From Guillardia theta CCMP2712 (lineage: Eukaryota > Protista > Cryptophyta): a DNA stretch of 64,000 bases. The stretch covers positions 65,820-129,819 of the forward strand of contig NW_005434544.1 of NCBI RefSeq assembly GCF_000315625.1, given 5' to 3'. Of this stretch, positions 49,220-62,421 are shown piece after piece (position 1 is the stretch's first letter; every line of letters begins with the position of its first letter). A program made the translations under genes and the position numbers. Below the pieces are notes generated by a model that was given only the letters and a program-made list of their open reading frames with translations, searched no databases and was not told the origin of the DNA.

Positions 49220-49312
49220 AGATATTTCATATGGTACTGCACTGTACTGAGTCATTTGTACTAGCATATCAAGTACAGCTCAGAAACATAATCGTACAAA
49301 ACTATGATATCA
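49220..49312 (+). repeat. AT-rich dispersed repeat, copy 2
   Basis: Homologous to 47178-47276 with small indels. Confidence 0.85.
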
Positions 49313-49559
49313 GGCTCAGCCTCACTGTAGCCTACGTTAGCCTAGTAGCGTCCACACTACTAAAGACTCGGACTCTTTGTCGGATTGATCGGACACCGGC
49401 GGGGGCCCAAACCGTTCAGTGAAAGGCGTACCAGTACTGCTACTTAACTTTGAGTGAAAAAAAGGTGCTACTAGAGTAAAGTAGTGACCGCCTACGGTAC
49501 TGTCGTGCGGCATTATTGAAACAATTGAAACTTGACTTGCCACACGGTAGCCCCGTACT

Positions 49560-50210
49560 GACAGTGTACTGCCCGCGGCCAGGCAGGGAGTAGCACGGTA
49601 CGGTATGGTACCTGGTAGGGCCTGTAAACGGTAACCGTGTACTAGCGGCGGCGCTCAGCGGCTGCGGCGGCGCCCGGCCCGGCCAGCCTCCGAGTGCGCC
49701 GCCGCCCCGGGACGGTCGGACCGGCCATGAACGCCCGGCCCCCGGGGGCCCGGGGCCCGCCCCGGCCCCCGGCCCCCCCGGCCGCCCGGCGCCCGGGCCC
49801 CCGGCCCGGGCCCGGCTGCCCGGCCAGTAGCGGCGCGGCCGGTCCCACCTGAAGGCAACTAGCTACTAGCTACTAGGCTAGCCCAGCCTTCAGACAGACC
49901 GTCGGACCGTACTACGGTACCGTCACTGGGGCCGGACCGGGCCGAGTGACGCCGGTACGGTACCGTCAGCGAGGCGGCGCCCCGGCCCCCCGGGCCCACT
50001 GGCGGCGGCCAGCAGCCCTGCGGCACCGTGCCCGCTCGGAGTCCGATCGGCGGCGGACTCGGGATCGGACATTACCGGGTGGCACGGTCCGAGCCCGGCG
50101 TTAGCGGCAAATGATGGGCACTGCCAAGTTCCCAGGGCGGCACTGCCGGGCCGGGCTCCCCGGCGGAGTCCCGGACGGCGGCCGGGCGCGGTCCCGGCGG
50201 TCGTTGCCTA
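49560..50210. other. GC-rich palindromic-word island between divergent genes
   Basis: Rich in CCCGG, GGGCCC, GGTAC and CTAG. Confidence 0.75.
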
Positions 50211-51037
50211 ATTAGTAATGATGGCTGCACCCTACCCCTACAAGGGTTTGGAATGCTCAAAGGGCCGGGTAGTGAGCCTTTGAGACCCTACCCGGTGATT
50301 CTCCCAGTGATAAATAGAGGAAAGGGGGTGGTGGGCTGGCGGCGGCATGCAAGCGAGCAAGGGAGAGGAGCGCAATGCGCCGGTAGGAGGAGGGCAGAGA
50401 TGGTACAACGCAGAGATAGGAGGTTCAGAGAGTGAGGATTCGCAGCTCTCTGCAGGAGGAGCGGAAAGAAGAGGAGGGAAAGGAGGGTCTCAGAGAGGTT
50501 CTGAAGGGAGCAGGTGTGGGCTACTGATAGCCGGATCCTCAGATGAGATGAAATACTTGCGATTGAAGTCTGAATAGAACACTTGGGAATGAATAAGTGG
50601 TCTGTCTGAAGGTGGAAACAAGACTACCAGGTAGCAGTGAGTATGTAGGGAGGGATTTGGCAGAGTGAAATCCTTTCAAGTCTTGTCGGATATGAACGGC
50701 AGTGTAAGATGCTGTAGGATGGTTGAGATTAGCAGCGCTGAGTCGGCTGAGGAACCCATTCTTTGCTTCGCCCTTGTACTCAGCTTCTCTTCCGAAGGAC
50801 CTTAGTGATACAGAGTAGAAGAGAGCTGGGATGCAGGGGGTGCACGTTGATGCAGGGTTGAGAGGGAGGGTGTTAGTATGAGCGACTCAGCACCATGAGA
50901 GGTCAGCATGCTCAGAGTGAAGCTACCTTGCCGCTTCATGACATCTGGGCAAAGTATTTGGCAGCCCATTCGGCGCCGCTGCCGCTGTTGCCTCGCAGTG
51001 TGGGAGGACCTTGACTGAGTCCGCAGGTGTGTCGACG

Positions 51038-53850
51038 ATGTACGGGCGAGTGGGGCGAAGCTCTCTCCTCAGCACCCAGTGCTTCCTGGGCCTCCTCGTC
51101 TCTCTTCCCCTCGTGCTCGCGTCGAACGTCCATGACGTGCCGACTTTGGAGGCGTACCGCATGTTCGAGTATGACGACAAGGGCCAGCAGCTTGGATCGA
51201 GGAAGAGCGCAGTGAACATGCTGGCAGTACCAGCGTCCTCCTCCTCCGAGTTCGGCAGGAGGGTTGTGGTTGCTGACCTGCAGGATCTCTCGGCCGTGTA
51301 CGTGGAGAAGCTCTTCGTAGAGCGATCAGCTGGAGGGCTGCTGGCCATCTTGCCGAAGGACATAGACATTGAAAATCCTGAGCAACGCAGCAAGTGGCTC
51401 GAGGTAGAGACTGCTCTTGCTAAGATGAGGGTGAACGCTCCTGTCTACTTCGCCTTCGAGAGCAATCAGACGCAAAACCTCAAGCGCATGCTCGAGGCAA
51501 ACCCAGGAGAGGTCCAGCTCTCCGCCACTGGGCTCGTCTCGCCGACCAAGGCGAGCAACGTGCAGGGGGCCAACTTCCAGGGATGGCTGCCGGGTCGAGG
51601 AGGAGGAGAAGAGTCGAGCAGCTCTCGCCCGATCATCGCCATCGTCGCTCACTACGACACGCTGGGGGTGGCGCCGGAGCTGGCGGTTGGCCTTGATTCC
51701 AACGGGAGCGGGATGATCGCCCTGCTGCAACTCGCAAAACTCTTCTCCAAGTTGTACTCGTCAAAGAGGCAGCAGGGGATGTACGACATCGTCTTCGTGC
51801 TGACCGGAGCCGGCAAGTCGGAGTTCACCGGCACCAAGTACTGGCTGGAGCACACAGACTCGCGATTGCTGGACAGGATCGAGTTTGTGCTGTGCCTGGA
51901 CTCCATCGGGTATGGCGACAAAGTTTACATCCATACCTCGAAGCAGAAGTCCAAGGACTCGGTACCTGCTGTCGCGAAGCTCTGGGACGTGCTCAAGTCG
52001 ACGGCAGAGGATATGAACATCCCCCTAGAGATCGTAAGGAAGAAAGTCAACCTGTCTGACTTCTCTTGGGAGCACGAGCAGTTCTCGAGGAAGGACATCC
52101 TTGCAGTGACCGTCTCCCGTCACTCAACGCACAGGTGATGCTGCTGGGAGATGAAGATGATCATCGAGCCTCTGCAATGATCTTGAATTGTCTCTCCCTC
52201 ACTCTGTCCTGCAGAGCCGACATCCGCTCCTCCATCCTGGATAGGAAACTGGACGTGCAAGCTCTGAAGAAGAATATTCTTTTCGTGGGGAATGTGATGG
52301 CCAAGGTAAGTCTCTATATCCCCAGTGTCCAGGTCTCGCTATCACACTGCCTTTCCGTCCCCTGGATATATATCCTCGCCTGGACCTCTCCTTTGCTCAT
52401 CCTCCCTCCCTCCCCCTTCCCTTCAATGTCCAGGTTTTCCTCCTTCTCATCCCCTTGTTCATTGCAGGTCGTTTACGATCTTAAGAAGCCTCTCGACGTC
52501 TTCGAGGGCTCTCTCAGCTTGAACTCAGCCTTCCTCGAGGCCTGGGCGCAGGAGGTAAATTCCTCTTCCTCCCCGTACCACAATTCGCTGCTCTCACCAT
52601 CTCCTCTCCCTGCCTTGCTCGCTCCCTCACTCGCTCCTTCCTCCTGTCCTCCTACCTTGCACCTCCGTTCCCTCCTTCCTGGCATCTCCTCAGCCTCCGT
52701 AGCTCGCAGGCACCCCCCGCATGATGCAGTACCTCGGCCCGGATGCCATCAAGACGATCGAGAAGGCTGGGCAGCTACTCAAGGAGTACACGGCAGAGGT
52801 GAGAAATGTGCGCGAGGAGGACGAGCGATGATGCGCCGCACGGCAGATGACCCGCCAGATGTTTTCTCTTGGGCAGGAGAAGGTGATGTGAACGAGAGGG
52901 GGGGGAGGGGGGAGAAGGAGCCGGAGCAGATGCAAGTGAAGTGATGGAGGAGAGGGACGAGGGAGAGGGAGCAAGGAGAGGGAGAGGGGGAATGCTTAGC
53001 TGCTGCTATCAGGTCTTTTACATCGGAACGTCAAAAGCGCAGATCTCAGTCTACTCGGTACGTTGAGATATGCATCAAACCTCTCCTCCCCNNNNNNNNN
53101 NNNNNNNNNNNNNNNNNNNNNNNNNNNNNNNNNNNNNNNNNNNNNNNNNNNNNNNNNNNNNNNNNNNNNNNNNNNNNNNNNNNNNNNNNNNCTCTTTCTT
53201 CCGTCTCATCCGCCTCTCTTCCCCCCTCCTTCCCTCCTCACCTCCTTTTCTCTGAACATCCCCAACCGCCTCTTGCAAATCTTCCTGCCTTTATTCTTAT
53301 CTTCCACCCTCACGTTCTCCTCACGCTGCCCTCCTCCAGGTCCGCCCTCTCTCCTTCGATCTCCTTATGTCGCTCCTTGTTTTCACCTACCTCGTCGCCT
53401 TGCTCGTCGGTATTCAGGTGAGAGCCCGGCAACTTCAGCTCTGTCGCTGCTCTCGTGCCTCTCCTCCTGCCTTTACGTCTGCTACCTTCTTTTCACCGCC
53501 TTTCTCCTTCCCCCTCCCCCCCCCCCCCCCCTCCCTCTTCCTCCTCCTCCATCATCACTTTGCAGTCCTTCATCTGTTGCAGCTCATCCCCCTCGACATG
53601 TCAAGGACAGTCACTCCTCTGAGCAGGGAAGAGTCGAGGCGCAGAAGACGATTATGAGTCTCTTCCAGGGCAACAACAAGGTACTACCTCCTCCTCAGCC
53701 TTGCCCTCCTCCCTTCCCCCCTTCCTCCCTCACCTGCTCCCCTTCCCCCTCCAGTATGACTCGCGGCCCCTCCTCCTGCTTCTCCTCTTTCTTTGCTGCC
53801 TGGAAGTTCTTGAATCGTCAGCTTCGCAGATGAAGAATTACAGGAAGTAG
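51038..53850 (+). CDS. NCLN: Nicalin (peptidase M28-like ER membrane protein)
   Basis: Signal peptide, AYRMFEYD...LGSR, PIIAIVAHYDTLGVAPELAVGLDSNGSG, FVLCLDSIG, WEHEQFS and a C-terminal TM (FDLLMSLLVFTYL). The last exons are approximate and there is an internal gap at 53092-53191. Confidence 0.9.
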
Positions 53851-53989
53851 CGCAGATAAGATCCGACACTCCTGTCAACTTACTTAGGATCATTGAATTG
53901 TCAAGTTTCTCCTCCTTATCCTCTCACTGACCGTTGAGCTCTCTCGGGCCTTTGCAGAGCCTCACTGAGTTCCGATTCATCGGAGTCCC

Positions 53990-54345
53990 AGAGTCGGATC
54001 ACGGATCTGACGTCTGACTCGGACGGGCACTGCCACCCATCACACCGGGTACTACTAGCCTAAGCGGCCTGCCGCAGCGGCTGGGCAGTACCGTTGTCAC
54101 CCAGGCTCTTCAAGTGAAAGTTTTTTTTCGGAAAGACTCTGATTCAACTGACCGTTACCGGCCGGGTCCGAGTTCACTCAGTCAGTCAAGAACTGCCACC
54201 TCCATCACGGTGAGCAGAGGTCGCCGACACCCGTTGATTGAAGTTCCGCCGCTGCCCTGAAGTTCCGCGGGCCCGCGGCGGGCCGGGGCCCTTGTGCCGC
54301 GTTGCGGCCGGGCCGGTCGCGGCACTGGCATTCGGCGACTAACTG
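53990..54345. other. GC-rich word island, followed by an AT-rich block (54360-54785) and CCTAGG words (54790-54855)
   Basis: Abrupt compositional switches are visible directly. Confidence 0.6.
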
Positions 54346-55349
54346 AGGCTCACATGAGCAGCCCATAAAAAACTACAATATTGTAAAAAGTTTAAAATTC
54401 AAATGAAACCAAATTTAGATCAAAATGGATCCTCAGGTACTTTCTTTAAAAGGGCTTTGAAAATGTTTTAAATGCAAAACAGACATCTTGAACCCCCCTT
54501 TATTCAATCAAATGAAGTTTATAACCCATGAGGGTGGTAGGATAAAAGTCACTGTTATACGATAAAACTTGGTTTTACATTTGGTAACAGAAATACAAAA
54601 AGTTAGCACCCAGACATATCCCTTCTGTATATGATAAGTAGTTTTTGACTTTCTTATAGAGAATTATTACTGAATAAGGATAATTTGATTTTAGAGATGT
54701 ACCAACAAACATATATATCTAAATATAATTTGTAACATCGAAAATACACATTTGTACCACAAAAAAAAGTTTCTTTATATATGTAGGGGGTCCTAAGTCA
54801 GCATAGCTGGTCCTAGGAACATGGTGACCCATAACCCACACAGTCTGTCCTAATACCGGGTACTTGATATGAAATTGGGGGGTGAGGTGATACCTCCTAT
54901 AAGCTTTTAAAATGCTGTTTATAAAGCGCCTCTGCTGCGCTTAAGATAGCGAGTCAATGGAAGGCGGGAAGGAGTTCGAGTGGGCAGGGCAGGGCAGGGC
55001 AGGGCAATGCTGGGCAGAGAGGAGAAGTGGATATTAAATCGATGCTAGAGTGGAGGAAGAATGAATGGTTGGTGTAGGTGCTGCTGGTTCTTGAGGGAGC
55101 ATGAGAAAGGTCCAGTGCATGAGGAGGCTGTGTTGGGTGAGGCATGAAGCGAAACCATGAAGGGGGACATTTGTAGTGTCGCTAGCGTGTTGATGGTTGC
55201 GAAATATATCACTGCACAGTGAACTCCCTTCCATTTTTCCTGCATATTATTTGAATGATGTGAAGCGCGAATTGAGACAGTGGTTTTGACATGGTGTCCA
55301 TATTGAGGGTCAGTGCTGAGTCTGAGACAGGTAGGGGCTTGTTGTTCCA

Positions 55350-57815
55350 ATGTCAAGGCCAAGCGGCGTGCCGGCAACTCTGATAAGACGTTTAGAAGGC
55401 CTTGCAGGTAAGGCCTCCGGTCTTGTATGCTCTTCCTTATTCGTTGCTGCAGCGAAATGCGCGAGAGTGAGGCCCTGCTCTGCGGTCTCGTACCGAATGG
55501 ACGACCTCCAACGTGCTCGACACTTGTGCAGCAGCAGAGAATATCAAGGAATTCAAAGAGATGTGTTGAGACTGCGCTCGAACAATGCCTCTTCCATGAT
55601 GGAGCATTTCGGCCGCATCCTGGAGCGGTACAGGCCTTCAGGCCCGATGCTCGGGGCCTTTGGGGGATCGTTTCCTGAGTATGTCCGATCGTTCCTCTCG
55701 GATGGGAAAGTGCCCAAGGGATTTGAGAACTTCTATCGCAAAGGGAATCAAGGTCCGGCGAAGAACGATCAGGATGGAAGTGATTCGTCATCGAAGAAAC
55801 CAAGTGGTTCAGGGGGACCAAACAAACGGCCATCCGAACCGGGAGACCCCTTCTTCCAGGACAACATGCCACAGTTGCTCGCGATTGTAGCACTTGGGTT
55901 CCTTCTTCTGATGATCATGGGCTCTCGAAGCGATGGAAGGGAAATCAACTTCCAAGAATTTCTCAAGAGTTTGCTTGTGGATGGCAGGGTTGACCATCTA
56001 CAGGTTGTCAACAGCCGTATCGTCCGCGTCTTCATGAAGGAAAGCATCCACTCCCCAGATCAGAATGCCTCTTCATACTACTTTACCGTTGGAAGCATTG
56101 ATAGCTTTGAGCGCAAACTGGAGCAGGCTCAGTATGACCTCGGCCTCGAGCAGAAGGACTTTATTCCAATCCTGTACACGAATGAGACATCTTGGGGATT
56201 AGAAATCTTGAAGTTCACTCCCTCCCTGGTCCTAATCTTCGCTTGGTTGTACATCATGCGACAGATGGGCAGTGGATTCGGAGCGTCCGGAGGCGGAGGG
56301 CCAGGAAACATCTTCAAGGTTGGCAAGGCTCGTCCGACGATCATCAAGGGTGACGCCAAGGACAAAGTCACCTTCAAGGATGTGGCAGGGCTGAGTGAGG
56401 CAAAAGTTGAGGTCGTGGAGTTTGTAGAATTCCTGAAGAACCCGGAGAAGTTCAAGAACCTCGGGGCGAAGATTCCCAAAGGGGCGCTGCTTTGTGGACC
56501 GCCAGGAACTGGCAAGACCTTGCTGGCAAAGGCAATGTCTGGGGAGGCCAACGTTCCTTTCTTCTCGATGTCGGGCTCCGATTTCATCGAAATGTTCGTC
56601 GGTGTCGGAGCTTCTCGTGTGCGGGACTTGTTCAGCCAGGCCAGGATGAACGCTCCTTGTATCGTCTTCATTGATGAGATCGACGCTGTTGGTCGGGCAA
56701 GAGGAAAAGGTGGATTCTCAGGTGGCAACGATGAGAGAGAGAATACGTTGAACCAGCTGCTAGTGGAGATGGACGGTTTCAACCCGCTCACCGGCATTGT
56801 CGTGCTGGCCGGCACAAACCGTGCTGATATCCTTGACCCTGCGCTGCTGAGACCTGGAAGGTTCGATCGTCAGATCACGATCGACAAGCCGGACATCAAG
56901 GGAAGGTGTGAGATTTACCACGTTCATCTCAAACCTCTGAAGCTTGCGGACGACATCGATGAAGTCGCAAAGCGCATGGCGGCACTGACACCCGGATTTG
57001 CGGGGGCTGACATCGCCAACGTCTGCAACGAGGCAGCACTGATTGCAGCTCGAAGCAACAAAGAGAAGGTCACCATCGCAGACTTTGAGGCGGCTGTGGA
57101 GAGAGTGGTCGGAGGCATCGAGAAGAAGAGCAAGATCCTGACCAAGGAGGAACGACTCTGCGTTGCTTACCACGAGGCAGGTCATGCCATCTGTGGTTGG
57201 TTCCTCGAGTATGCGGACCCGCTCTTGAAGGTCTCCATCGTTCCTCGGGGTTCTGGTGCTCTTGGCTACAACCAATTCCTCCCTCGTGAGACTGCGCTCT
57301 ATTCCAAGGAGCAGCTGCTGGACATGATGTGCATGGCACTCGGCGGGCGCGTTGCTGAGGAGATTGTCTTCGGACGCATCACAACCGGCGCGTCGGACGA
57401 CCTTGACAGAGTGACTAAGATCGCATACCAGCAGGTGACTGTCTACGGGATGAACGACAAGATCGGGACGCTCTCATACCAAGATCGAGAGGGGAGCCAG
57501 TTCAAGAAGCCCTACAGTGAGGCGACTGCGCAGATGATCGACGAGGAGGCGCGGGCGATCGTCTTCAACGCTTACCAGAGGACGAGGGATCTGATCAACG
57601 AGAAACGAGAGCAGCTGAATCTTCTCGCTGAGCGGCTCCTCCAGACTGAGGTGCTAACCCACGACGACGTGAATGCCCTCCTCGGCCCGCGTCCCTTCGA
57701 CATGTCGGAGTCGTACAAGGAGTATGTGACCTCGAACCATCAATGGAAGAGCAAGCTTGACGCCCAGCTGGCGAGCAAGAAAACGGAATCAACGCAAGTG
57801 GCAGGAGAGAGTTGA
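55350..57815 (+). CDS. AFG3: Mitochondrial m-AAA protease (AFG3/paraplegin-type FtsH)
   Basis: Two TM segments around [12 protein letters not shown]...[14 protein letters not shown], Walker A GPPGTGKT, Walker B IVFIDEID, the SRH, HEAGH and the M41 domain. Almost intronless. Confidence 0.93.
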   Translation: MSRPSGVPATLIRRLEGLAGKASGLVCSSLFVAAAKCARVRPCSAVSYRMDDLQRARHLCSSREYQGIQRDVLRLRSNNASSMMEHFGRILERYRPSGPMLGAFGGSFPEYVRSFLSDGKVPKGFENFYRKGNQGPAKNDQDGSDSSSKKPSGSGGPNKRPSEPGDPFFQDNMPQLLAIVALGFLLLMIMGSRSDGREINFQEFLKSLLVDGRVDHLQVVNSRIVRVFMKESIHSPDQNASSYYFTVGSIDSFERKLEQAQYDLGLEQKDFIPILYTNETSWGLEILKFTPSLVLIFAWLYIMRQMGSGFGASGGGGPGNIFKVGKARPTIIKGDAKDKVTFKDVAGLSEAKVEVVEFVEFLKNPEKFKNLGAKIPKGALLCGPPGTGKTLLAKAMSGEANVPFFSMSGSDFIEMFVGVGASRVRDLFSQARMNAPCIVFIDEIDAVGRARGKGGFSGGNDERENTLNQLLVEMDGFNPLTGIVVLAGTNRADILDPALLRPGRFDRQITIDKPDIKGRCEIYHVHLKPLKLADDIDEVAKRMAALTPGFAGADIANVCNEAALIAARSNKEKVTIADFEAAVERVVGGIEKKSKILTKEERLCVAYHEAGHAICGWFLEYADPLLKVSIVPRGSGALGYNQFLPRETALYSKEQLLDMMCMALGGRVAEEIVFGRITTGASDDLDRVTKIAYQQVTVYGMNDKIGTLSYQDREGSQFKKPYSEATAQMIDEEARAIVFNAYQRTRDLINEKREQLNLLAERLLQTEVLTHDDVNALLGPRPFDMSESYKEYVTSNHQWKSKLDAQLASKKTESTQVAGES

Positions 57816-58299
57816 AAGCAAGCGAGGCTGAGGAGAAATCGGACGAGACCCATGCAAGTGTGTAAGTTTTGGTCGTTCTCTTTGCGGCGAGAGCATCGTC
57901 GCTTTATATCCCTAGATTGAGATTCTTGAACTCCGTGACGAAATGTCACTCTACTGAGCAAGATATCGATTTTCCTTATTTTTCTCTTTGTTGTCCTACT
58001 ACTCTCAGATAGTTTGAACTAATCGGATTTCGATGCTTTTGTACTCAATTGAAGCGAAAGCTTAAGACTCTGTCTTCTCGCCTCGCAGATTCGAACACTC
58101 TCACCTCTGTACATGTCTACCTCCTCCACTACCTTCCCCTCCCTTCCCCTCCCCATCCCCTTCCCCTCCCCTTCCCCTCCCCTTCACCCTTTCTCGATCT
58201 TGCATTCGGTCCGTCTCCGCGTCTTCACGTATTCCATCCATCGTTGTCTTGCTGAAACTTCTCAATGCTCTGAGCGCTCAAGCGTGAGCGGAGGAGGCG

Positions 58300-59233
58300 G
58301 CAGGATTTACGTCCAAGTCAGCGAGAGCCTCAGGGTTCTCCTCATAGATCTCCTGCGAGCTCGGGTAGGGCCCGTGATAGACCGGCTTNNNNNNNNNNNN
58401 NNNNNNNNNNNNNNNNNNNNNNNNNNNNNNNNNNNNNNNNNNNNNNNNNNNNNNNNNNNNNNNNNNNNNNNNNNNNNNNNNNNNNNNNAAGAGGGAGGGA
58501 GAGGGAGAGGGAGAGGGAGAGAGGGGGGGGCGGGGAGGGAAGGAGGGAAGGAGAAGTGGACCTGTAGGGTGGCATCACTTCTGGCGATGTTAATGCCGCA
58601 CTTGTCAAACGTGAGCATCTTCTTGATCATGGCGTTGTAGTCGTCGCCCACCTGCGACTCCCTCACCTCATCGCTCGACACATCCACCTCTTCTCACTCT
58701 CAGGGGCGACAAGGTCGAGCTCTGTATCTCCAGCATGCGGGCGTTGAGCTCGTGCATGGGAGAGTCGTCATAACTAGCAGCAGGCAGCAAGTCACTCAGT
58801 CTCGTCGAGTCTCTTCACACCACACACCTGCGCACGTTCGTCTCCTTGCTGACGGTCGAGAGCCTCAGGTTCTCTTGACCGCAGTAGGGGCAGGAGATCT
58901 CCCGCTCGATCTTAGACTGGTCGTAGTCTGCCCTGAAGGCAGGTATGCGATCTAGCATCTCCCTGGCGCAGTCCTGGCAGATGTGATGGCTGCAGCACAC
59001 GGTCCTCTGCATCCTGTCCAGGTAGAACATGCAGATGGGGCAGAAGAACACGTGCTCATCCGTCCGCTCCTCGCTCCTGCTCGGCCTGCACGGCGATCGC
59101 GCATGGTTCGGAGATGCGTACTCCCTGAGAGTGCCCGCATCGGGATTGTAACAACAGCTGAGCAGAGGAGCAGCCAGCAGCTTCGCCACTTGTCTCCTCA
59201 TCGTTCCACGGGGAGTCACGTGCGAGTTACCAT
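58300..59233 (-). CDS. RING-finger protein (GW2/DA2/Sip5-like Cys pattern)
   Basis: CPICMFY...TVCCSHHICQDC...SCPYC. Further exons include VGDDYNAMIKKMLTFD. Start and end are uncertain and there is a gap at 58389-58488. Confidence 0.65.
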
Positions 59234-59703
59234 GTCTGTGAGACAGCGAGATCAGAAAACTTCACAAAGAAGCAGAGAAACGAAGTTTGATGTGAGCTGT
59301 TCACCCTAAGTGTTGAACCAACAAGCACGTATGACTAATGGTGGTGGTGGAGGAGGAGGAGGAGGAGGTGGTGGTGGTGGTGGTGGCGGCGGCGGCGGTG
59401 AACAAGGAGAAGGATATTGAGGTTTAGGATGATGATGATTGATGACGACCAGTATGCGGATGATGATGATGATGATGATGATGGATTTGATGATCATACG
59501 ACATGAAGGAGGGAAGACATCATCATCATCAACTCCATCATCTCCATCTTCGTCATCAAATCTTCAATCAATCGTCATTTAATCATCTTGACATGGCCGA
59601 CCATCAACACCTCCGGGTCTCGAAGTTGCCACAACCACAATCTCGCTATCATCATGGTATACCCATCCTGAACCCCTGACGGTCTGTCTCCTCAGTTTGA
59701 GTC

Positions 59704-59886
<183 letters not shown>

Positions 59887-60009
59887 CGCCTCCGAGCCCA
59901 AGCCCCTGGCAACATGCCATCTTGTCCTATTCAAACGGTTTCTATCGGTCTCATCTTTTAGAATTGTTTCTTTACTCAACTGTTTGAGGGCAGTACTAAC
60001 TGACTTTTC

Positions 60010-60590
60010 AGTCACGCGGGCCCGGATCCGACGCGGCCGGGTCCGGGTCCGCCGTCCGATCACTCAATGCGGCGTGACTCAGTGACCCCGGCGCCAGTAA
60101 CGCACGGTGCGGCATTCAGGGCACTGCCGTGGCAACGCGGCGGGGCGCCGGGCAGCGGGCCCGGGTGCCACCGTGCCAGGACTGAGCCGTGTGCGATGAT
60201 CGGCAGCCGCCCGGCCCGATGCACTGGCAGCGGCATCCGCGCGGCGGGCCGGGCGCCCCGGCGGGGCGGGCGGGCGGTGCGGCCCGCCAGCGAGCCAAAC
60301 TGAGTCCGAATCGCCGGCCGGGCCGCGGCCCCTGGGGACCTGAGCTGATCACCGTACGGTACTGCCGAGTCATGGCCCGGGCCGGCGAGATCATGGACCA
60401 CCGTGACGGTACTGATAGTAGCCTGAGGCGGATGAGGAGTCCGGCGGCCCGGCGCCGCTGGCCCGGGCCGACTCGGTGCACGGTGGGCCGCCAAGTTGGC
60501 TTCGGAACAGTGTGCAGTGCCGCCGCGGCCGCATAGACCGCCTCCGAGTCAGCGTCACCCCGGTGCCGAGTCACAGGCTGCCAGGCTGAG
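60010..60590. other. GC-rich palindromic-word island between divergent genes
   Basis: Same vocabulary as the other islands. Confidence 0.75.
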
Positions 60591-60649
60591 TGTCTTTGGG
60601 AAATCTGAGGCGGGTTTCGACTATATAAGACGTCAGAAAAGAAAATTCG

Positions 60650-61700
60650 ACTACCCCAACTCTTCCCTCTGCAAGTACCCCAATTTTCAAGGGTAGGTAC
60701 AGATTTCAAGGGTGGGTCTTTAGACCCTCAATTTACATATTGTTTTGTTCGATTTAGGGTGGGTGATGATTTGCCTGAGGGGTGGGGGTACTCTTCTAGT
60801 GATATAAAGCCAAGTGATGGATCCCTAGGTCAGTACGGTATACCCCCACCCCCAAGACCCTGACATATGAGGAGAAGATTGGGTGGGTGGTACGGTCTTT
60901 GTGGGCCCGGGGTAGTTCGACTGAATAAGTGATTTAAGGGGGTACAGGGTGAAGAAAATGGGGTGGTGGTGCCAGGGGTACTACACTTTGATTGACCTTT
61001 CATTGCAGGGATACAAATTTTGATGGGTGAGGCCTATGAAAAAAATTCGAAAGGTAGGGGTGGTCACCAACAGGAGGTGCTATCTAGAGGGGTGGTAAAT
61101 AAATTGTAGGGGTAGGGATTCAATCTTTGGGGTAGTATGGGGTGGTGCTGACTGCCAGATAGCCAAGACTCAAGGAACGGAGCGAAGGCACGAGATGGGG
61201 TGGGGGTGATAAATCAGGGGTGAGATGGGGCGATGGGGGTAGGGTGAGGGACATGATGGGGGTACAAGAGCGTCGGGGGGAGATAGTACCCAAGTTTTTC
61301 ACTTCGCACTCAAAGTTGACCCCCACATCTATTGGAGATGGGTGGGGTGGGGTGATACCTACCCACCCAGAAAAATGTTTTATTTCGTGTGCATACCCGT
61401 GTCTCGGGGGTGACCAGATGAGATTTCGGGGTGGGGCGATCGCTTAAGGTAGGGTGGTACAGTAGAGTGGGGTTCCTGGTGATCAAGGTGGGTACAAAAT
61501 AAGAGGTAGAAGGGGGTGGGGGTGGGTCGTCAGCCTTATAAATGATGGGGGAAAGAAGGGGGTGGTCTTGTTTTTCTAGGAGGTAGGGGTGGAAGTACCC
61601 ACCTGAGCGATTTCCCATGCTTAAAGGATTGAGAAGGGGTACTTGATTGATTCTTCCATGGGGTAGGGGTGGGTTTAGGAGAAAGGGGACCCCTCGAGAT
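60650..61700. other. GGGGT-rich block upstream of the CER1-like gene
   Basis: Recurrent ggggt and gggtg words. Confidence 0.7.
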
Positions 61701-62421
61701 CCCGATGGATCCAAGGAGGGAAACGGAGGGAAAAAGAACGAAAAACAGAAAAAGACGCAGAATATGAGAGAAGAGGAGGAGAGGAGAGGTTGTTTAGCCA
61801 TACAACGTTGTGTTGACATGTTTGAAGTTATGCACAACGAACATCTGAGGCAACAAGGCGAGGAGATAGGGCTATTCGTCGCTTTCGCGGCCCCGTTTCT
61901 GTTGCGAACGGTGGAGGGTTGTCCGAGCAGGACGTGCAGGAGAAAGAGAAGGAGAAGATGGGCTTCGAAGGAGAGGAACAAGTAACGAGTACTGAGATGG
62001 ATGAGAGGGGAAAGAAGTTCTGGTCTTGCGGAAACCTGTGGTCACGAGGTCACCGCTGTCGGAGAGAGCGCGTGGTAGTGCGGTGGGTAGAGAAAGGGGG
62101 AGTTGTGGCAGGGCCAGAGCAGAAATAGTTGATATGTTACTACCTCCACTGTGTCGTGATGACCATGTTGTACATCTTGCTCACCTGCTACAAGTCCTGA
62201 CATTCTTTTCCTTGCCAAATTTCCTCCTCCCGGCAGTCTCTCCTCGTTGGACCACCAGCATCGCTCCACTGGCGTATTGAGGACACGTGGCCTCCTCGTG
62301 ATCGTCGAAAGTCTCAGCCATGTGGAAGGGAGACGCCCGTATCCTGTCTGCATGGAGATGGCTGAACAGGAAAGATGTCAAGGTGAGGGGTGGGAGCGAG
62401 CCGGGGCGTTGGGTCGTACTG

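Noticed and set aside
60620-60630. TATA-like ctatataag at the island/GGGGT border
   Set aside because: It is about 1.8 kb from the nearest plus-strand start and cannot be supported without TSS data.
60650-61700. Interstitial telomeric repeat interpretation of the GGGGT blocks
   Set aside because: There is no tandem periodic unit; the words are dispersed in unique sequence.
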